64,000 nucleotides of DNA from Naegleria gruberi. Its lineage: Eukaryota. Position 1 is the stretch's first letter; each line of letters opens with the position of its first letter. The position numbers and the translations under genes are program-made. The notes under the pieces were generated by a model that was given only the letters and a program-made list of their open reading frames with translations, searched no databases and was not told the DNA's origin. Where the stretch lies: assembly GCA_000004985.1 (NCBI GenBank), contig GG738885.1, one strand, 5' to 3'. Positions 31,517 through 43,397 of the stretch are shown in pieces.

Positions 31517-34500
31517 ATGTTTTCTTGTTTCTTTCATGATATTTGCATCAAACTAGTTGTTGATCAACAAGATAATAGTTTGACTGAAGAAACATCATCT
31601 TCAATAATGGTTGTTGATTGTTTCTCTCTATTACAAGATCATTATCGGAATGTTATTTCAAAACTACTAGAAAGAAATGAATATATTCATGTTCATCATT
31701 TAAATCAATTATTCGCTTTTGAACGATACAGTGTTAGAAAAATTAATTCCTTCCTCTCTCCAACTGAACATCCATTCCTCGATAATGATTCAACTCTTGT
31801 TTTTATAAAGGTTTTGAAATTTAGGGGAGATTTATTGACATTTGCATCGGAAAGAATTAAAAGTGATGAAACAATGGTTATGATGGCAATAAAGAATAGA
31901 TTGTCATCATTGGAATGTATTGGTGAAAAATTGAAACAAGATAGAAAATTTGTAAAGAAGGCAATTAAATTGGCAAAACGTGTTGTCAATCCTTTACAAT
32001 ATTTTAAAGATTTTCAAGATGATGAAGAAATTTGCAAAATGGCAGTCAAGTGTAAAGGAAGTTCTTATGAGAGTGTATCTGATAGATTAAAGAATGATGA
32101 AACTATTATACAAGATGCACTTTCATCTGCTGGATCTAGTATTCAACATGTTCCACATCATTTAATTAATAGAGAGCTAGTTTTGTTGGCACTTAAATCA
32201 GCTCCATTTTGTTTCCAATTCATTCCACCAGAATATAAGAATGATAATGAATTGATATTAATTACTGCTAAAAATAATCCATATATATTGAAACAATTAC
32301 CAAATCTGTTGAATGAAAGATCATTTGTATTGGAGTTGGTTAAATTAAATGGAGTTTGTATTCAATTTTTATCAGAGGAATTAAAGAATGACAGAGAAAT
32401 TGCTATAGAGGCCACAAAAGAAAAATTCAACTCAGGATTTAGGTTTTTAAGTGATGAATTTAGAAAAGAAAGAGAGTTGGCTTTGATGGCTGTAAAATCA
32501 GATTTTTATAATCTGAAGCACGTTTCCAATGAATTGCAACAAGATAAGGAATTTGTGAGAATTTGTATTAAATCCAAGACAGATTTAACAAGTTACATGG
32601 CTAATGATACTTATGATTCAATTAGAATTAATGATAGGGAATTTTTATTTGAAATTATAGAAAAATTTTATAATTATTCAGAATATAAGTTGTATTTGAG
32701 TAGCGGTAAGGAGATTGTTGAGAGATTTTTAAAAGTGGATCCAAATTGCTTTCAGTGTTTTGATTTACTTCATAATGAAAGAAGTATTGTAATGGAGCTG
32801 ATACCACACAGTATTGATATTTTGAAACTTTCATCAGTGGAATTAAGGAATGATAGAGAAATTATTAGAAAGGCCATTTGTTTTCATGATGGAGCTTTGG
32901 AATTTGCATCAAATGTTTTGCAAAACGAAAGAGAAATTGTATTAGAGGCAATTTATTACAATTCAACAAATTACAAATATGCTTCCGAAGAATTGAGGAA
33001 TGATAGAGAAATATTAGAATACGTTCTTGTAAGAAACGGTAATTTGATTGCCTATGCATCCGAAACTTTACGAAACGATAAGAATTTGGTAATGCTAGCC
33101 CTTAAAAATTCCACGCAAAATATCTCAAAATATATCGGATACAAACTAAAGCGAGATAGAGAAGTAGTTTTAGAATGTGCTAAGAGATATCCATGCCTTG
33201 ATGTAATTTCCTTAGATTTCAGATTTGATAGAGAAATAGTTTCACAAGTTATTCAAAAATATGGAGAGGAATTTAAATTTGCTTGCGAATCTATTCGCAA
33301 TGACAAGAATTTGGAATTAATTGCCCTTACTAATGGATTATCTCTGAAATATATCAAATCTCAACAAGATAGAGAACTAGTAATGTACTCTGTAAAATAT
33401 TCTGGAGAAAATCTTCAATATGTAAATGAAGAATTCAAAAATGATGAAGATATTACTTTAATAGCTATGGAAACATCCAATGGAAATGCGTTAGAATTTG
33501 CGAGTGAAAGATTTAAATCTGATAAGGATTTAATTAGGAAATACATCAAAACAAATGAACATGTACTCAAATATGTTTCACAGAATTTACTTTCTGGTAG
33601 GAAGTTTATTAAGGAAATGTTATCAATTAATGGACTTGCATTACAATTTCTTCCCAATAGGATGAGAAGAGACAGAGAGATTGTGTTGCACGCCATTAAA
33701 TCAAATGGAGATGCCCTTCCATTTGCACTTGGGGGTTTAACTAAGGATTGCGAATTACGCACAATTGCATTTTCAAATGGATTGAAATTTAAAGCACGTT
33801 TTGGCTTCGATGATCTAAACAAGGAATTGATATTGGATATTGTAAAAACAAATCCAAAAATGCTGAATATAATTTTAGCTATGAAAAAAGAATTTAGGAA
33901 CGATCCAGATATTATTCAAAGTGCTGTAAAAATAGATTTGGAATATTTGGACTATTGTGCAACTTATGGAAAATTGAAAACGGATCGAAATTTTATTTTA
34001 CAACTCGAAACAAATGAATTTAATTTGATGAAAATTCCATACAAATTTAGAAGTGATAGAGAAATTGTTTTAAAGTCATTGAAAAGTTATGGAAAATCAA
34101 TCATGTACATTTCTAGTGATGAATTGAAAAAGGAAATTTCACAAGATCGAAATATTTTATTGGAATCCATTCAAAGTTGTGATGGTTTCATATTTTTATT
34201 TGCAAGTAATGAATTACAACAAGATGAAACATTTATTGAAGAATGTATTTCCAAAAATGGAATGGTTTTAAGATTTTTATCTGAAAAATATAGAAATAAT
34301 ATATCACTACTCATGAAAGCAGTTGAAAATAATGAAAATTCGTTGAAATTTGCTTCCAATAATTTATTAACAAATAAGGAATTGATATTACATGCTGTGA
34401 AACATTTTCCAAATTCTTTAAAATATGCCAGTTATGAATTGAGGGACGATAAAGATATAGTGATGGAAGCTATTCGAATAGATCCTAAATCAATCAAGCA

Positions 34501-34534
34501 TGCTTCTATTGAATTACAACAGACTTTACAATAA
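31517..34534 (+). CDS. Large repeat protein built from ~25 tandem DUF4116-like ~36-aa repeats, about 1005 aa; start uncertain.
   Basis: The periodic motif xLKNDREIVLEAIKxNGxALEFASEELRNDKEIxL recurs through the ORF. Every repeat unit has [LF]xxD[RK][ED] then a hydrophobic core. This matches my memory of the DUF4116 repeat family of protists and bacteria. The track ORF begins with a TTG-type start, so the real N-terminus may differ. Confidence 0.55.
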   Translation: MFSCFFHDICIKLVVDQQDNSLTEETSSSIMVVDCFSLLQDHYRNVISKLLERNEYIHVHHLNQLFAFERYSVRKINSFLSPTEHPFLDNDSTLVFIKVLKFRGDLLTFASERIKSDETMVMMAIKNRLSSLECIGEKLKQDRKFVKKAIKLAKRVVNPLQYFKDFQDDEEICKMAVKCKGSSYESVSDRLKNDETIIQDALSSAGSSIQHVPHHLINRELVLLALKSAPFCFQFIPPEYKNDNELILITAKNNPYILKQLPNLLNERSFVLELVKLNGVCIQFLSEELKNDREIAIEATKEKFNSGFRFLSDEFRKERELALMAVKSDFYNLKHVSNELQQDKEFVRICIKSKTDLTSYMANDTYDSIRINDREFLFEIIEKFYNYSEYKLYLSSGKEIVERFLKVDPNCFQCFDLLHNERSIVMELIPHSIDILKLSSVELRNDREIIRKAICFHDGALEFASNVLQNEREIVLEAIYYNSTNYKYASEELRNDREILEYVLVRNGNLIAYASETLRNDKNLVMLALKNSTQNISKYIGYKLKRDREVVLECAKRYPCLDVISLDFRFDREIVSQVIQKYGEEFKFACESIRNDKNLELIALTNGLSLKYIKSQQDRELVMYSVKYSGENLQYVNEEFKNDEDITLIAMETSNGNALEFASERFKSDKDLIRKYIKTNEHVLKYVSQNLLSGRKFIKEMLSINGLALQFLPNRMRRDREIVLHAIKSNGDALPFALGGLTKDCELRTIAFSNGLKFKARFGFDDLNKELILDIVKTNPKMLNIILAMKKEFRNDPDIIQSAVKIDLEYLDYCATYGKLKTDRNFILQLETNEFNLMKIPYKFRSDREIVLKSLKSYGKSIMYISSDELKKEISQDRNILLESIQSCDGFIFLFASNELQQDETFIEECISKNGMVLRFLSEKYRNNISLLMKAVENNENSLKFASNNLLTNKELILHAVKHFPNSLKYASYELRDDKDIVMEAIRIDPKSIKHASIELQQTLQ

Positions 34535-34935
34535 AATTGGCGCCAAAAATACCACAACAAAATAAACAATGAAAGTGAATGCATACACACAACTTAAAAA
34601 GAAGATCAAGCCTTCTTCTCAAGATGGATTAAATCTTCCGAATGAAATGATTAGTATTTCTGATGAATTCAATGCAAGAAAATACAAAAATAACTTGGAA
34701 ATCGACTATTTTAGAATAAACAAGACTAAACTTTTCAACTGAGTTCATACAAGAAAACAAGATGTTACCCATTCAAATTTGTAATCTTTATTCCAAACTT
34801 CATTCGAATCTTTCAAGTCAACCCACTTAAACAGTTCAAAAAATAAACCACATTTTAAATAATTCCATTTTTAGACCTTAATCTCAGCACCTAAACAGAT
34901 CGATCCAAAACAGTTAAAAAAAAAGCGAAGCAATT

Positions 34936-37409
34936 TTGTCGCTATCTAGTTTTTCAAGCGAAAACAAAAACAACAACAACAACAATTTAAAATCAACACT
35001 CAATACAATGAAGTTACCTCTGAGATTGGCTAATAAGAGCAAGACTGCGCTCAAGAAGAGTTTCATTCCTAATAGCTTTGTGAATACAATGAAGAGAAAT
35101 TATGCTTGTGGAGGAGGTGTTTGTGATGGAAGTGGAGGATGTGGAGGAAAAGGAGGACACCACCATCATAACCATCCTGAAGAAATTGCTACTTTAAATT
35201 CTAATCAACCAACCCATTCCCATGCTTTTGGTCAATATACATCAAATGTTAACGATCCAAAGAATAGTGGTAGGTTTTATTCCGAAGTTGTTTTTTAATT
35301 ATCATCATGATTGTAATCTATTAATCCCTTTCATTATCTCGTTTCATTATCTTCATCATCTTGAAAATTATACAACATTACTTGATAATCATCTTATAAT
35401 AATAACTCATAGATACTGTAAATATTTTCCTCAATGGTCTTCCTATTCGTGTTCCAAAGAATTTGACAATCTTGGAAGCACAATTGTTTTACAACAAGTT
35501 TGTTGCTAAGAATATGGATATTATGGGAGAGAAATCCCAAGTTGATATTCCAACATTGTGTTATCATCCACGTTTGAAGGAACACTCACCTGCTAACTGT
35601 AGAATTTGCCTCGTTGAAGAGGAAATTAACCCACTCGATGTAGAACAACAAATGAGTTATGCCATTCGTCGTCCATATCCAAAACCAGAAGAACGTCTTA
35701 CTAAACTTGTGCCATCATGCACTAATCATGTTAAGGAAGGAGGATGTTATTGGACTCGTACTCAAACCACCCACGAAAATACCAGATCCATTCTTAAATT
35801 CCTTCTCTCTCACCACAATTTGGATTGTCCATCATGTTCTGCAAACGGAATGTGTGAACTTCAAGATTTATTGGAAAAGTATCACATCTCAAAGAAGGAT
35901 CTCCCACCTTCATTGCGTGACAACTTTACTAACACTTCATCAGAAGAAGTTTTAGTTTCCAACATTGGAACACCAGAGTATATGACAATTGGTGATATTC
36001 AAATTGATCCAGACAAATGTATTAGATGTACTCGTTGTATCAGAACTTGTACTTTTATTCAAGAACGTGATGCCCTCTCCATGTCAGGACGTGGTCACAA
36101 TGAATCAGTTCAACAATTGAACCTCGTTTTGAGTGAAGTCAGTAATGGAACTGAAGAAAGATCTCCATGTATTTCATGTGGTCAATGCAGTCAAATTTGT
36201 CCAGTTGGTGCCATCTCCATTAAGGCTCAACTTGATGAAGTTTCCGAACTTTTATTACAAAAGAGTGTAATGAACGCTTTTGATAATAAGGAAAAGGATT
36301 ATATTATGGTTGCATCAACTGCTCCAGCTGTTCGTGTTGCCATTTCTGAAGAATTTGGTAAGGAACCAGGTCACTATACTGCCTCTCAAATGGTTCAAGG
36401 TTTGAGAAAGCTTGGTTTTGACTATGTTTTCGATACTCTCTTCTCTGCTGACTTGACCATTATGGAAGAAGGTACTGAACTTATCAAGAGACTTACAAGT
36501 GAAACTCCAGGCCCATTCCCTATGTACACTTCATGCTGTCCTGGTTGGGTTAACTTGGTTGAAAGTGATTTCCCTGAAATTATTCCAAACGTCAGTTCTT
36601 GTAAATCACCACAACAAATGTTGGGATCTGTTATTAGAAATTACTGGACACCAAAGATGCAACAACACATTAAGGGTAAGAAGGTTATTCACGTTTCTAT
36701 CATGCCTTGTACAGCTAAGAAGGGTGAAGCTCAAAGACCAGAAATGGGTGTTCCAGATAAGGATGGTAACATTGTTCCAGATATTGACTATGTTTTGACC
36801 ACTCGTGAATTGGGTAAACTTTTCAAGATGCATCAAGTCCATGATTTGGAAACCAAGAGTGTTGGCAATGAAGTTGGAGATTATGACTCTCCAATTGCTG
36901 AAGGTACTGGTGCTGCTGTCATTTTCGGTGTTACTGGTGGTGTCATGGAAGCTGCTTTGAGAACTGCTTATGAAATTCTTGAAAAGAAGCCATTGGAAAG
37001 ATTAAACTTGCAAGAAGTTAGAGGTTTGGATGGTATTCGTTCTGCCACTATCAACATTGCAGGTGTGGATGTTAAGGTTGGTGTTGCTCACGGTTCTGGT
37101 AACTTGAAGAGGTTGGTAAATTATACCAAGACTTTGGATCCAAAGGATCAATTCCACTTTATTGAAATGATGGCCTGCCCAAGTGGTTGTGTAGGTGGTG
37201 GTGGTGAACCAAAGATTGTTGAAAAATTGGAACACCAAGATAGAGTCAAGAGAAGATTACAAGCCATCTACAAGTTGGACGAAGCTGCAATCACAAGAAA
37301 GAGTCACGACAATAGAGAAATCCAACAATTATACAACGAATATTATAAGGAACCATGCGGTCATAAGGCTCACCACGAATTACACACTCACTACACCAAC
37401 AAGAAATAA
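34936..37409 (+). CDS. HydA: [FeFe]-hydrogenase, M3-type (CpI-like full architecture), 2 exons: 34936..35269 and 35413..37409; about 776 aa. It has an unusual Cys/Gly/His-rich N-terminal extension.
   Basis: All three H-cluster signatures are present: TSCCPGW (L1), MPCTAKKGE (L2) and EMMACPSGCVGGGGEP (L3). Upstream are two ferredoxin-type 4Fe-4S motifs (CIRCTRCIRTC, CISCGQCSQICP), a His-ligated cluster motif (HHNLDCPSCSANGMC) and a plant-ferredoxin-like 2Fe-2S domain (INGLPIRVPKNLTILEAQ...LCYHPRL...CRICLVE). The intron GTAGGT(35270)...CATAG(35412) joins ...PKNS|DTVNIFLNGLPIRV in frame. Exon 1 encodes MKLPLRLANKSKTALKK... then CGGGVCDGSGGCGGKGGHHHHNHPEE. Confidence 0.85.
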
Positions 37410-37495
37410 AATTGCCATTTTTGAGGATTTTGCTCCAAATATTAATTTCTCGAAGGAGAATTTCAATCTTACTGAGGAAACAAGTAATAAAATTT

Positions 37496-40213
37496 TTATT
37501 GATTTGAAGCCTGGCTTCTTGTTATTGTAATTGTTGTCTCTGGTTGATCCGTCGACTGTGCTTCCACTTTTCTTGCAGAAGACAGTGAAGATTGTTGATT
37601 GTGAGCTGTGTTTCTCAAGAAATTCTTGATATCATTTTCATTAGCTCTTACCGACATTGTACTAAATCTTGAGGAGACATTGTCGTTTTTCAGACCAACA
37701 AATCCATGAGCACTTGTATGCTTTCTTAGATCCGCTGAATGAGTTCTTGTCTTTCTGACTTCTGTTTGAGCAGATTCTGGCTCGTCGTCTTGTTTCCAAA
37801 CTTCTATTGATTCAGTTGCCTCACTTAATACACTTTCATTTGGTGGTGAAATTGAAATATCAATTGGAGCTCCAGAAATCTTTGGAGGAGCAAGTCTATC
37901 ATCACGGAATTTACCATATATTGAACCATCTTTGGTAGATCTTGTAGAATAATTTGTGTGTGAAGATGTAGGTCTCGAACTTAATTGTCTTAATGATCGC
38001 TTTGTACTCAATGTACGATAAATTGGATTATTACTGTATAAATCCTCATCGTCAGAATCATCTGAAAAGTACTTATTTGGATAATCATCAAAAGTAAATC
38101 CATCATCTTCAAAATATTCTTCCTCTTCATCATCACCTTTTTTACTTCTTGTTGTATATTCGTGAGGTGTTCTCGGTGTAATATTAACAGATACTTGTGA
38201 GAATGTACTCAAAGCTTCTACTAAATCTATTGTAATAAATGGATGTTGTAAAAGTTGTTTAGCAGTTGGACGTTTTGATGGATCACGTTGTAAACAGCTT
38301 CTAATAAAGTCTTTTGCTACTTGTGAAGAATTTGATGGAATTTCAACAGAATCATCTTCTGTTGTCATGATATAGTGCATTAATTGAATGGGATGTACTG
38401 GTTGTTCAAATTTAGATAAAACATGAGACCAAGGAGGATTTTGAGAAAACATTTCACAAATTGTACAACCAAACGACCAAATATCAGCAGCTTGTGTATA
38501 TGATCTATCTCTAATAACTTCAGGAGCAATATAATTTGGTGTACCTCTAATAATATTTGAATTAATAGTTTGAGTTGTTTCATCTCCCAGTGCTAAAGAG
38601 CTCAACTTTTTAGAGCATCCAAAATCTGTCAAGTAAACATTACTCCTTTCATCAACAAGAATATTACCACTCTTGATATCACAATGAACAATTCCATTTT
38701 CATGTAAATAGCTCAACCCTTCTAGAATTTGTTTTGAATACTTTCTAATTAAATTTTCAGGCAATGAAAATTCTAGTAATAAAGTTTCCATAGATCCACC
38801 TGGAATATAATCCAAAAATATATTCAAATGGTTATTAGCAACAAAACTTCCCAAGTATCGTACAATGTGTGGATGATCAAATTGAGACATGAGTTCAACT
38901 TCTTCCATGATTTTCTTTACTTCTTCTCTATTTGTCTTTCCTTTGATTTCAATTTCTTTAATTGCCATCATTTGTCCAGTTTCAGAATTTATACCTAAAT
39001 AAACTTTACCATTTGCACCTGCACCAATCATATTACCTTTTATCCAAGTTTTAATTTTAGATACTCTCCTAGATGGGAATTTTTTAGTAGTTGTAAGTGG
39101 ACTAGAAGGTAGACCATCATTTCTAAGTTTGTTTGCAGAATCTTCAATAATAAGTTTAGGTTTTTTATAAACATTTGCTGAAACAGAATTTTGAAAATTT
39201 AGAAATTTTTCAACAGAACTTTCAACAAAATGATCCAAATCTGTTTGAGTTCTTATTGATATTAATTCATTTTTATCCTCATCATCCGCATATTTAATAT
39301 TAATTTTATCATGTAAATTATCACAAGCTAAAAAGTTATTATAATGACTAGAAATAATTTCAAATAAACCATCCATAGACATTCCTAAAAATACAGATAC
39401 AATAGTTGTTTCCTCTTTGTAAGAGAGTTTTACCTTTATCCTTTTTCCAGATAAAGAATTTGATGAATTTGATTTTGTTATACTTGATGTATTACTCTTT
39501 TTTGATGATCCTGATGATGAAGTTCTCTTCATTGTAGAAATAGAAGTATCAAAACTCCTAACAAGATTTTCTTGTGCTGAATGAATTTGATCATCACCAC
39601 ATTTTACAAGTTGAAATTTGTAGGCTGGCTTTTGCCAAAACCTAGCACGATTAATAAGTCTTAATTCTACATTTGAATTACCATTCTCCTCCGATATTGA
39701 AAATGTATTATTAAATTCTCCTTTTTGACCTCTCCCATATAGAATTCCATCAGCTAGGAATATTTCTTGTCCTTGAGAAGATGTTACTTTAAATATAAAT
39801 TGAAATTTTGAATTTCCTGCTGATTCTATTATTATACTATATTCACCTGGTGATAACTGTTTGGGAATTTAATTAAAATCTTATTATGTTTTTTGCTTGA
39901 AGACACTTACCTCGTTTTGAATAATTCTTTCCTTCTCCGGGAGTGTATCTTCTTCTTGTAATTCAAATCGTGAAGATCCCTTTACCATTGCTGTTATGAT
40001 GCAATATTAATAATAATAAACAACAATAGAAAAACAATAAACCGAAATTTTAAAGTTTGGTTATATATATTGTTGTGATATTAATCACACTACAATAAAC
40101 TCACTTTTAAAAGAGGCAATATCTTCAATAGCACTCTCAGCAAAACTAGTAATAAAAGGATTACTATTCCTTTTTCCTTGTCCGTTTGATGAGAACATTT
40201 TTTTTAATGTCAT
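37496..40213 (-). CDS. Ser/Thr protein kinase of the STE11/MEKK type with an N-terminal PB1-like domain. Core ORF 37496..39532, plus two proposed upstream exons, giving complement(join(37496..39856, 39911..39990, 40105..40213)); about 849 aa.
   Basis: Kinase subdomains are GAGANGKVYLG, AIKEI, HENGIVHCDIKSGNILVD, DFGCSK, GTPNYIAPE and DIWSFGCT. The PB1-like segment is KRIKVKLSYKEETTIVSVFLGMSMDGLFEIISS...IKYADDEDKNELISIRTQTDL. The frame stays open upstream of the track Met. GTAAGT and GTGAGT donors with CAG acceptors connect MVKGSSRFELQEEDTLPEKERIIQNE and MTLKKMFSSNGQGKRNSNPFITSFAESAIEDIASFK in phase. Kinase call confidence 0.8; upstream exons 0.45. Confidence 0.7.
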
Positions 40214-41882
40214 AAGGAAAACAATTTCAAATTTCTCTTCGTTGCTTGTTGAGATACTATTGAGAGAACTCGACTGGATGAACTCATTGACTTTTGATTG
40301 GTTAATTCTTCCAAAGAAGACAATTTAATCAAATATTTTTATTTGAGCATTTTGTCTTTATTGAACCAGTTTGAAATTTAATTTACATTCCTCAGATATG
40401 AGTATAATTTGCGTGAAAAGTGTTTGTGAAATTCACAATGTAAAAACAGTGTGAGTTCTAGTTCATAGTGAAAACAAGCAGTGAGCACAAATCTCGATAA
40501 TATAGAATTGCTGAATAAATATTAGTGTCTAAAAACCAGCAAGCTATAAACTAATCAAAATTTTAGAACAAAAATGAAACGAAAACTAGAAAACAGCACA
40601 GAAGCCTCAAACAAATTAAGCAAACAAAACACAACTGATACCGCAACGTATGGATCATTGATACCAACAATAGAACAACTTCCCACAGGGAACCACAGTG
40701 AGGTTATTGCTCTATTAAAAGAAGATGCTTGTTGATAGAACCAACTGGATTGACTTTTTTAAAATAATTCCCAAGATTTATGTTACAAACCAAGATTTCT
40801 AACATCACCACCAAGAGAAAAGAGTGCATCGGAACAGTATATTTCAGAAATGGATTTATAAAACATTGAATTTGCCAAATAATAAAATTTGCCAATAAAT
40901 CATTTGAATTCTTTGGTAGAGTTCAGTAATTTTCAAAATTATTCTCAAATAATTCTCAAATAATCAATGCGAAGTGTACATCCTCAATATCATTTCCAAA
41001 TAGGTGTAAATTGGGATCCCAATTTCTTTTCTAACATTTTTTGTTGTTTTTTGGAATATCTCATAATTGTTGGTAATTTGGCAGTGAATTCTTTAACCAT
41101 TTGTAAACTATCAACAAAATTACAGTTTGTAAATTGATTCATACTATATACTTTTACAACAATTACACGTGATACTACTGATTTCACAATAGTTGCATAA
41201 TCAGCTCCTCTCAAAGCTTAATAAATCTATCCTCTTTGATTAGATTGTAAAGTTCGCATAGTCTCCATTGAAAAGTAAATTGGTTTTTTGCTTTCCTCCA
41301 CAGTATTTAAGCCCATTTCATATACTATTGGATCGTGATCTGATGATTTATAAGCATTTCTTATTATGTTGTTGATAAATTTGTAGAAGAAGTGGTTGAT
41401 GCTTTGATTCTTGATTCTTTTTCAGCAAAGTTCTTTCACAACTTTCGTAATTTAAACAATTTTGCACATGAAGAACAGATTTGGAATGTGTCTTCAAGTG
41501 ATCATTATTTTCTTTCCAATTAGATTGCCAATTTCACGTCCTATTTTGTTTAAATTAATTCCGAGACAAACATCACAATGTTCTGAAGCATCACTTATAA
41601 AACTATTATCTTTTGTGGTGTTTTGACATTTTTTAATTCCATCAAACAATCACGAAGAGAATTACTAGTAATTTTCTTGTTGTGTGGCACAACTTTATCT
41701 TCCCATCAAGTAAAACGTTTCCGATTCTGAAGCAGATTGAATGATTTATGACTTTCAAAGTAGTTGTTCAATTAACAATCAAACCATGTTACATAGAATA
41801 GAACCAAAGAAAAAAAGAAACCTTTATTAGCTTAAGAAGAATATTCAACGTTCTTGTTCGTAAAGTTGTCTTTTTAAACAAA

Positions 41883-43397
41883 ATGCCTTCCCTAACGAAT
41901 ATAATATCACCCCCAGCAAGTCCTTTGCTTTCTCTGATAGGTTTTTCTAAAAAGCCTTCATCTTCAACAACCACTATCAACAACTCTAATCATCAACCAA
42001 CGAATAATAATACACCTACGAATAATACCAACAACAACAACAACACTAACAATACAACATCATCATGTACTAAATTAGCACCAAACCTAGAGTTGTCTGA
42101 TATTGCTGATCATGATGGATTTGTATCAATATCACCAACTTCAGTCGAGTCAATACCTTCATCATCGGATTCACCATCATCAATATTAAGTTCTAATTCT
42201 TCTCTGATAGGATCAGGATGGTTATCGAGTGGAGGATCTAATCTAATGACTCCCCTTACAAATTGGTTTCAATTAAGTAATATAACAACTCCTCTTACTG
42301 ACAATATTAAAAATGTTAGTGATAATATTAAAACATCAACATCTAATATCCGAACATTTGTAACATCTACTTTGAAAGGTGCTTTGTCACTTACAAGTTC
42401 TAGTGGATCCATGAAAGGAAAAGAAGGATTAGGTGATTTTGTTTTTGTGGAACATGATGATACAATTACTCAAAAACCAACAACACAAGAAAGCTTAATT
42501 CAAATTTCATTGAATCTTTATAATCTAACTGAATATTCGAGTACTTTATCACCATTATTTTATAATGATGAACTATTGCCTATTGACGAATATAAGCAAT
42601 TTTTAATTGACTATTCCGAGAAAATTAATACTTTCTTATTAAAATACTTTAAAATGGAGCCAAATATTGGCATTAATTCAAAGAATTTATTAGAATTATA
42701 TGACCTTTGTTCTCTAATAACAAAAGATCAACAATCTAAATATTCACAAAATATTGAAAAGTGTATTCAAAAACTGATATTTGAAATAATAGCTGTTGAT
42801 GGTACATTTAATGTTCATTATGAAAAAGATACAAAATTATACAAAAAGCTTAAACTATTCCAAAATGTGCTGGAACCAAAACATATTAGTTTACCAAATG
42901 ATTTCTATAAAAATGAAGAAGCAGCTTGGAATGAGTGTATTCACTTGTTAAGAAAACTCAATCAGTACAAGACACCATATGGTAAAATTTATATTGTAGA
43001 AAAGGTTTTTAAACGAGTATCTGAAATTTGTACACAAGTAGATCGAGCATTCTCATCAGATCATTTATTAAGTTGTTTAATTTATCTAGTTTTGAAAGCT
43101 TGTCCTCATAATCTTAATAGTGATATGTGGTTTCTAGTTACTTTCTGTTTGGATGGAATTTATAGAAATGAAGGAAGTGAATTGGACTTTTTATTAACAA
43201 CCATGTATTGTGCCTTAGAGTTTTGGGAAAATGTTCCAGCTTTTGACCAAACTGAACAATCAGACGAAAAGATATTTAAATCTTTTATTGTTGATGAACA
43301 AGAAAAGACCAAATTCAGGAAGGCATTCAAATTAGCGAGAAGGAAAACACAAACACTCGAAAAGATTATTATTGAGAATTTCACGAGTAAAAATTAA
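41883..43397 (+). CDS. VPS9-domain protein (putative Rab5-family GEF) with an N/T/S-rich N-terminus, 504 aa.
   Basis: YKTPYGKIYIVEKVFKRVSEICTQ...SSDHLLSCLIYLVLKACPHNLNSDMWFLVTF matches the VPS9 catalytic core (...[28 protein letters not shown]..F). Confidence 0.65.
   Translation: MPSLTNIISPPASPLLSLIGFSKKPSSSTTTINNSNHQPTNNNTPTNNTNNNNNTNNTTSSCTKLAPNLELSDIADHDGFVSISPTSVESIPSSSDSPSSILSSNSSLIGSGWLSSGGSNLMTPLTNWFQLSNITTPLTDNIKNVSDNIKTSTSNIRTFVTSTLKGALSLTSSSGSMKGKEGLGDFVFVEHDDTITQKPTTQESLIQISLNLYNLTEYSSTLSPLFYNDELLPIDEYKQFLIDYSEKINTFLLKYFKMEPNIGINSKNLLELYDLCSLITKDQQSKYSQNIEKCIQKLIFEIIAVDGTFNVHYEKDTKLYKKLKLFQNVLEPKHISLPNDFYKNEEAAWNECIHLLRKLNQYKTPYGKIYIVEKVFKRVSEICTQVDRAFSSDHLLSCLIYLVLKACPHNLNSDMWFLVTFCLDGIYRNEGSELDFLLTTMYCALEFWENVPAFDQTEQSDEKIFKSFIVDEQEKTKFRKAFKLARRKTQTLEKIIIENFTSKN

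Noticed and set aside
35463-37409. Interpreting the hydrogenase-like ORF as a NARF/Nar1 (CIA pathway) protein.
   Set aside because: NARF-family proteins lack the N-terminal 2Fe-2S / His-ligated / twin 4Fe-4S ferredoxin domains and the full TSCCPGW-MPCxxK-ExMACxxGCxxGGG set, all of which are present here.
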